Positions 57,975 to 64,000 of a stretch of 64,000 bases of DNA are shown piece by piece (position 1 is the first letter of the stretch; each line of letters starts with the position of its first letter). The position numbers were made by a program, and so were the translations under genes. The notes beneath the pieces were generated by a model. That model did no database searches, was not told the DNA's origin, and saw only the letters and a program-made list of their open reading frames with translations. The DNA comes from Ranitomeya imitator (taxonomy: Eukaryota), in the NCBI RefSeq assembly GCF_032444005.1, contig NC_091290.1, forward strand, positions 7,626,001 to 7,690,000. Reading direction: 5' to 3'.

Positions 57975-59094
57975 TCTTCACAATTTACTCCTCAAGAGCG
58001 GAGGGATCTAGAATTTTATAACCCAGGGTTCATTAAACTCTCGTTTTATTTCATGTTTTTGTTACATCAGGAGGGTTTAACAAAAAAAAAGCCATAAATT
58101 GTAAAACCCGTTTTGTTTTGGTCTCGTGATGGCGCTCTGACATGCAGATGTGGGTCCCTCTCCAGTGATCAGTGGTGATCGCCCCCCGTTCGCCATACGA
58201 TCCCCCCACTGTTCAGGTCTCCATTCAGTATGTAATACACAGAGGAGCAGCCCCCCATCTACCTTTCCCTATAAATAAAGTATCTGACATCCTGAACTCC
58301 CCATGCTGCCGCCGGCGTCCGGCCATTAAGGTGTTAAGTGGAGTCTGTTGGGAAAGCAGTGCTAAGTTTCCAGTGTCGGAGCAATTAGCTGGTGCGGGCT
58401 CCGTCACGTGAAGGAGGTGGATAAGGAACCATGGCCTCGGGCGCTGCAAGGTTACACGTACCTGGAGAGCCGCGCAGGAGCTCGCGGACGGTGCTGGCAC
58501 TACAGTGCGGTTTTATCATGGAGTCTGAGAAATCATGAAGTTCTGTGATGGGTTTTATGTATTTGTTTTTTTATTGTAATCCAATAAATCTGGCAGACTG
58601 TTCAGAAGGCTCCGGTTATTACAGTCCTGTAGACGGGACGATTATAACTCCTGATGATCCGTCATGTCTGAGGCATCTATGGCATTTTTGCCTGTGCATC
58701 TGGTGGAGCTTTACGCTTAGTAATCGGTGGTGAGGGGCACTGGTACCAGTCTGTGCCAGGCTTTTGGTGTGTTTGGTATTTGCAGCTCAGCCCCTGATTT
58801 TGGGAAGGGGGCAGGGAATGTACTTTTCTGGTTTTCCTTTAGGCTACATTCCCACATTGCGCTTTTTGGTGCGTTTTTGCTGTTGCAGATTTTCTGCACC
58901 CATTAAAGCGAACCGGCCGTCAGGATTTTGCTAAGTAAACTACAGACACTGTCAGGTTATAACCCATGACTATAAATATGTGACCCACCTCCTCCAATCC
59001 ACCCCCTGCTTTCATTATCTCCCCTTCGTTTGTGAGTCGCCTCCACCTCCTACAACCCTACCTGTTAAGTCACTGCAAGCTGGAGGCACCTCAG

Positions 59095-60860
59095 AGCAAT
59101 GTCTGACAACCAGGCGAGTATTGAGACCGCTATCTGCAGTGTATGGGGGAGTCAGGAGCGATGTCTGACAACCAGGCGAGTATTGAGACCGCTATCTGCA
59201 GTGTATGGGGAGTCAGGAGCAATGTCTGACAACCAGGCGAGTATTGAGACCGCTATCTGCAGTGTATGGGGAGTCAGGAGCAATGTCTGGCAACCAGGCG
59301 AGCATTGAGACCGCTATCTGCAGTGTATGGGGGAGTCAGGAGCGATGTCTGACAACCAGGCGAGTATTGAGACCGCTATCTGCAGTGTATGGGGGAGTCA
59401 GGAGCGATGTCTGACAACCAGGCGAGTATTGAGACCGCTATCTGCAGTGTATGGGGAGTCAGGAGCAATGTCTGACAACCAGGCGAGCATTGAGACCGCT
59501 ATCTGCAGTGTATGGGGGAGTCAGGAGCGATGTCTGACAACCAGGCGAGTATTGAGACCGCTATCTGCAGTGTATGGGGGAGTCAGGAGCGATGTCTGAC
59601 AACCAGGCGAGTATTGAGACCGCTATCTGCAGTGTATGGGGAGTCAGGAGCAATGTCTGACAACCAGGCGAGTATTGAGACCGCTATCTGCAGTGTATGG
59701 GGGAGTCAGGAGCGATGTCTGACAACCAGGCGAGTATTGAGACCGCTATCTGCAGTGTATGGGGAGTCAGGAGCAATGTCTGACAACCAGGCGAGTATTG
59801 AGACCGCTATCTGCAGTGTATGGGGGAGTCAGGAGCGATGTCTGACAACCAGGCGAGTATTGAGACCGCTATCTGCAGTGTATGGGGAGTCAGGAGCAAT
59901 GTCTGACAACCAGGCGAGTATTGAGACCGCTATCTGCAGTGTATGGGGAGTCAGGAGCAATGTCTGACAACCAGGCGAGCATTGAGACCGCTATCTGCAG
60001 TGTATGGGGGAGTCAGGAGCAATGTCTGACAACCAGGCGAGTATTGAGACCGCTATCTGCAGTGTATGGGGGAGTCAGGAGCGATGTCTGACAACCAGGC
60101 GAGTATTGAGACCGCTATCTGCAGTGTATGGGGGAGTCAGGAGCGATGTCTGACAACCAGGCGAGTATTGAGACCGCTATCTGCAGTGTATGGGGGAGTC
60201 AGGAGCGATGTCTGACAACCAGGCGAGTATTGAGACCGCTATCTGCAGTGTATGGGGGAGTCAGGAGCGATGTCTGACAACCAGGCGAGTATTGAGACCG
60301 CTATCTGCAGTGTATGGGGGAGTCAGGAGCGATGTCTGACAACCAGGCGAGTATTGAGACCGCTATCTGCAGTGTATGGGGGAGTCAGGAGCGATGTCTG
60401 ACAACCAGGCGAGCATTGAGACCGCTATCTGCAGTGTATGTGCGGAATCAGGAGCGATGTCTGACAACCAGGCGAGTATTGAGACCGCTATCTGCAGTGT
60501 ATGGGGGAGTCAGGAGCGATGTCTGACAACCAGGCGAGTATTGAGACCGCTATCTGCAGTGTATGGGGGAGTCAGGAGCGATGTCTGACAACCAGGCGAG
60601 TATTGAGACCGCTATCTGCAGTGTATGGGGGAGTCAGGAGCGATGTCTGACAACCAGGCGAGTATTGAGACCGCTATCTGCAGTGTATGGGGGAGTCAGG
60701 AGCGATGTCTGACAACCAGGCGAGTATTGAGACCGCTATCTGCAGTGTATGGGGGAGTCAGGAGCGATGTCTGACAACCAGGCGAGTATTGAGACCGCTA
60801 TCTGCAGTGTATGGGGGAGTCAGGAGCGATGTCTGACAACCAGGCGAGTATTGAGACCGG
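59095..60860. repeat. 61/62-bp minisatellite GAGCGATGTCTGACAACCAGGCGAGTATTGAGACCGCTATCTGCAGTGTATGGGGGAGTCAG (about 28 copies)
   Basis: Direct periodicity. A Kolobok-like left end TTAA|AGCGAACC lies at about 58902 upstream. Confidence 0.95.
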
Positions 60861-61229
60861 TATCTGACAACCAGATGGACGCGCTGACCGCTATCTGCAG
60901 CTGTTAATTGTATGGGGTAGTCTGATACGGGCATGGCCCCCCTGACCCGGGCACCTCCTGACATAATTACTACGTTATATTTTACTGTTTCCAGCTTCCA
61001 CATTACAAGAGAAAAATCTAAAAACTACTAAATAATAAAGTGACTTGTGCCGTTTCACCGTGCACATCTGCTAATTGTCGGCCCCTTACCCGTCAGCCCC
61101 TGTTGCCTCGTGTGTGGGCACGGTTGACCCCCTCCAGGGTGGCATCGGGGTCCTGGGTTTGGGGTCTGACAGCTCGTCACCATATCCAGTCTTTAGTATT
61201 CAGCCATTTAGGATCAGTTGGCCGCCATG

Positions 61230-61703
61230 GCCTCTTCCACATCAGTTATTTGCCATCAGTCACAATCTGTCGAATTTTGAAAAAAAAACTGATCCGTCGC
61301 AGAATGTGAAATACTGATGCAGCAGATCCGTTTTGTTTGTTTTTTTTTTGCCGGATCTGGCTAATTGATTCCTAAAGAAAAATCGGAGCATGCTCAGTTA
61401 AAAAAAAAAAAAATGGAATCCATCACCATAGGCTTCCATTCTAGCAAACGATGGACGGTGACGGATCCGTAGCTGTCCAGTTTTCGACTGACACAAAAAC
61501 GTTGCTATGTCTGTTGTTTCTGGCCGCCGGATAAGCCATTTTCGATGGATCTGAAGAACGACTGATGAAACGTGAGGCCATCCGCCGCTAATACAAGTCT
61601 ATGAGAAGAAAACGGGTCTGTCTGCATCAGTCGCTGGATCCGTTTTTTGTAAAATTCGACAGATTGTGACTGATGAGAAAGAACTGGTGTGTGAAAGGAA
61701 CCT
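61230..61703. mobile_element. MITE with long internal inverted repeats (Harbinger-like right end ...AGGAACC|TAA)
   Basis: CATCAGTCACAATCTGTCGAATTTT (about 61254) is inverted as AAAATTCGACAGATTGTGACTGATG (about 61651). The left terminus is decayed. Confidence 0.65.
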
Positions 61704-61735
61704 AACCGTGTGACCCGTGTGTCGGTGTCCTGGGG

Positions 61736-62258
61736 TCGGTGCCGTCGCGCTGCAGGTAGAGCGGTGCCGGTGCCGTCGCGCTGCAGGTAGAGCGGTGCCG
61801 TCGCGCTGCAGGTAGAGCGGTGCCGTCGCGCTGCAGGTAGAGCGGTGCCGTCGCGCTGCAGGTAGAGCGGTGCCGTCGCGCTGCAGGTAGAGCGGTGCCG
61901 TCGCGCTGCAGGTAGAGCGGTGCCGTCGCGCTGCAGGTAGAGCGGTGCCGTCGCGCTGCAGGTAGAGCGGTGCCGTCGCGCTGCAGGTAGAGCGGTGCCG
62001 TCGCGCTGCAGGTAGAGCGGTGCCGTCGCGCTGCAGGTAGAGCGGTGCCGTCGCGCTGCAGGTAGAGCGGTGCCGTCGCGCTGCAGGTAGAGCGGTGCCG
62101 TCGCGCTGCAGGTAGAGCGGTGCCGTCGCGCTGCAGGTAGAGCGGTGCCGTCGCGCTGCAGGTAGAGCGGTGCCGTCGCGCTGCAGGTAGAGCGGTGCCG
62201 TCGCGCTGCAGGTAGAGCGGTGCCGGTGCCGTCGCGCTGCAGGTAGAGCGGTGCCGTC
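61736..62258. repeat. 25-bp CpG-rich minisatellite GCCGTCGCGCTGCAGGTAGAGCGGT (about 20 near-identical copies)
   Basis: Direct periodicity. It explains ORF 61599-62288. Confidence 0.95.
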
Positions 62259-63525
62259 TGCCGCCTCCGTCTTTCCCGGGAATCTCATTATACCTGGTGC
62301 TATAATTTGAACTCTGGATTCGGTGGCAAAAAATAGATCTCTCTGGTCGGCATGGAAACAGTGCCTGGGTGAGCGGCGGGCGCTGCCAGCTCCCGAGTGT
62401 TACATCTTATTTGGGAGAGTTACTTCACGCGGGAACGTTTCCAAAGTGTCAGAAAAAATGTATTTTTAGGGCTGAGCTGCAGAGCGCCTTGTCACCTCGC
62501 TCCCTGGGTCACACGTTGTGGGGTCCGTCCATATACAATCCCCCCTTATAGTTAGAAGCCTCCCCCAGTAATGAGCTGGTCAAGGCCTGTGTTGTGGCTT
62601 AAATTAATCAAAGCGGCTCTCCAGAATGCATAAAATATTAAAAACGAGTATAAAAATAATAGATTCTCGTTACCGATCCCCCACCTCATTAATCCCAGCA
62701 CTGCCCAGACCCTCACGAGTCTCCAGGCTTCCTGTTCTTGCCAGATGAGCATGTGACCGCTGCAGTCAGTCACTGGCCACAGCGGTATACAGCACTGCTG
62801 CAACGTGACTGGCTGTATTTGAAACAGAGCAGGCACTTCCTGTACAGCCCAAACAGATGCGATTGGCTGCAGTGGTCACCTGCCTGAAGACCAGCGGGGA
62901 TTCTGGATGTTTATAGAGTGATTGACAACCCCTTTAAGAGGGACTCTTGCTATTGTAATCAGTAGACTGTCCAGGAGAGGTGTGGACGTGGCAGCGCTGT
63001 GCCCGGCTGTACGGCAGTCCCATGGAAATGTAATGGCGCCCAGCCGCCGATCAGATGGGGCTCCGGCGGGGTGTGAGGGTCTCGGTGGTTGGTCCCGTTG
63101 ATCTCGGCGTTCTTGGTCCTGCGCTTAGGTGACAACTAGTCACATCCAGACTTCCACTTTAAATAGCTTGTGAGCACGGCAGGGTGATAAGAGGGTGATA
63201 ACGCTCCACGCCGTGCGCTGGTGCCTCAGTGTCAGCCGCCTCAGTGTCAGCCTCCAGCACTGGACTCCGCTTTTCCAGATTTCTCCTGCGGATGTTGCTG
63301 GTTGTAATGATTCCTGTGCTGGTGACGCACCAGGCTCCGTCCTTAGCCTCGGGCGCAACGTTGTCACCCAGGGAGCCCAGCACTACTGCGCCGATCTGAA
63401 CCCGCTGGGATCGACGGAGATGGACATATAGCGTCATTTACAGCGCCATCTTACGGATTATTCTAATATGGCCGACGGATCTGCTGTGAACACAGTGTCG
63501 CCCTAAACTGAGTGCGTGTGCTCGG

Positions 63526-64000
63526 GGCAGGTACATGTCACTGCACAACATGTTACTGGATGGCGGCACTTTATATGCTTCCCTCTGCTGGAGGCAGATA
63601 CATGTCGCTGCACAGCATGTTACTGGATGGCGGCACTTTATATGTTCCGCTCTGCTGGAGGCAGGTACATGTCACTGCACAACATGTTACTGGATGGCGG
63701 CACTTTATATGCTCCGCTCTGCTGGAGGCAGGTACATGTCACTGCACAACATGTTACTGGATGGCGGCACTTTATATACTCTGCTCTGCTGGAGGCAGGT
63801 ACATGTCGCTGCACAACATGTTACTGGATGGCGGCACGTTATATACTCTGCTCTGCTGAAGGCAGGTACATGTCGCTGCACAGCATGTTACTGGATGGCG
63901 GCACTTTATATACTCTGCTCTGCTGAAGGCAGGTACATGTCGCTGCACAGCATGTTACTGGATGGCGGCACTTTATATAATCTGCTCTGCTGGAGGCAGG
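63526..64000. repeat. 67-bp minisatellite running off the window end
   Basis: GGCAGGTACATGTC.. at 63526, 63593 and onward (period 67). Confidence 0.94.

Noticed and set aside
58331-58416. AG/GT-bounded segment as a CELF1 5' UTR exon (likewise about 54062-54100)
   Set aside because: The splice signals are weak or generic and homology cannot be verified without alignment.
15473-62288. Very long repetitive ORFs (for example 1494 aa at 23058, 1175 aa at 41338, 966 aa at 47789, 809 aa at 54817)
   Set aside because: They coincide exactly with tandem arrays whose units lack stops, are open in several frames and on both strands at once, and have no domain motifs or splice context.
63140-63437. Overlapping 75-92 aa ORFs as a coding exon
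   Set aside because: No recognisable motif, and no frame stands out.

Overview
Vertebrate genomic DNA, most likely an anuran amphibian (inferred from the repeat families). Host genes: the last two coding exons of KBTBD4 (+; 356-462 and 7193-8053) and the complete 4-exon PTPMT1 (-; 21208 to 13216, 189 aa), arranged tail-to-tail as in human. A motif-rich promoter and first exon of a further + strand gene lies near 45.0-45.4 kb; by synteny this is probably CELF1, but no CELF1 coding sequence was seen. About 30 kb of the 64 kb (about 47%) is occupied by roughly 19 unrelated minisatellite/VNTR families, which explain nearly all the very long repetitive ORFs in the track. Mobile DNA includes a very young, intact chromodomain Gypsy (Tf1/sushi-type) element. 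It is nested in a nearly intact Tc1 element, which is itself nested in a 43-bp minisatellite. There are also two decayed Tc1 copies, an L2-type LINE tail and several MITEs. The most unusual content is in the last KBTBD4 intron. (1) A frame-consistent 4-exon gene, split into unrelated-looking pieces in the ORF track, encodes an acidic region plus a P2X7-ballast/KolX-like Cys-rich domain. It has no visible start codon, and its first exon is in phase with the KBTBD4 donor. (2) A canonical sense-strand type I hammerhead ribozyme lies 260 nt upstream of the Kelch exon. Other notable items are a self-priming signature in the Gypsy element, a perfect 104-bp-arm palindrome carrying hammerhead cores next to the assembly gap, and minisatellites visibly derived from a transposase ORF and from a tRNA/SINE A-box.
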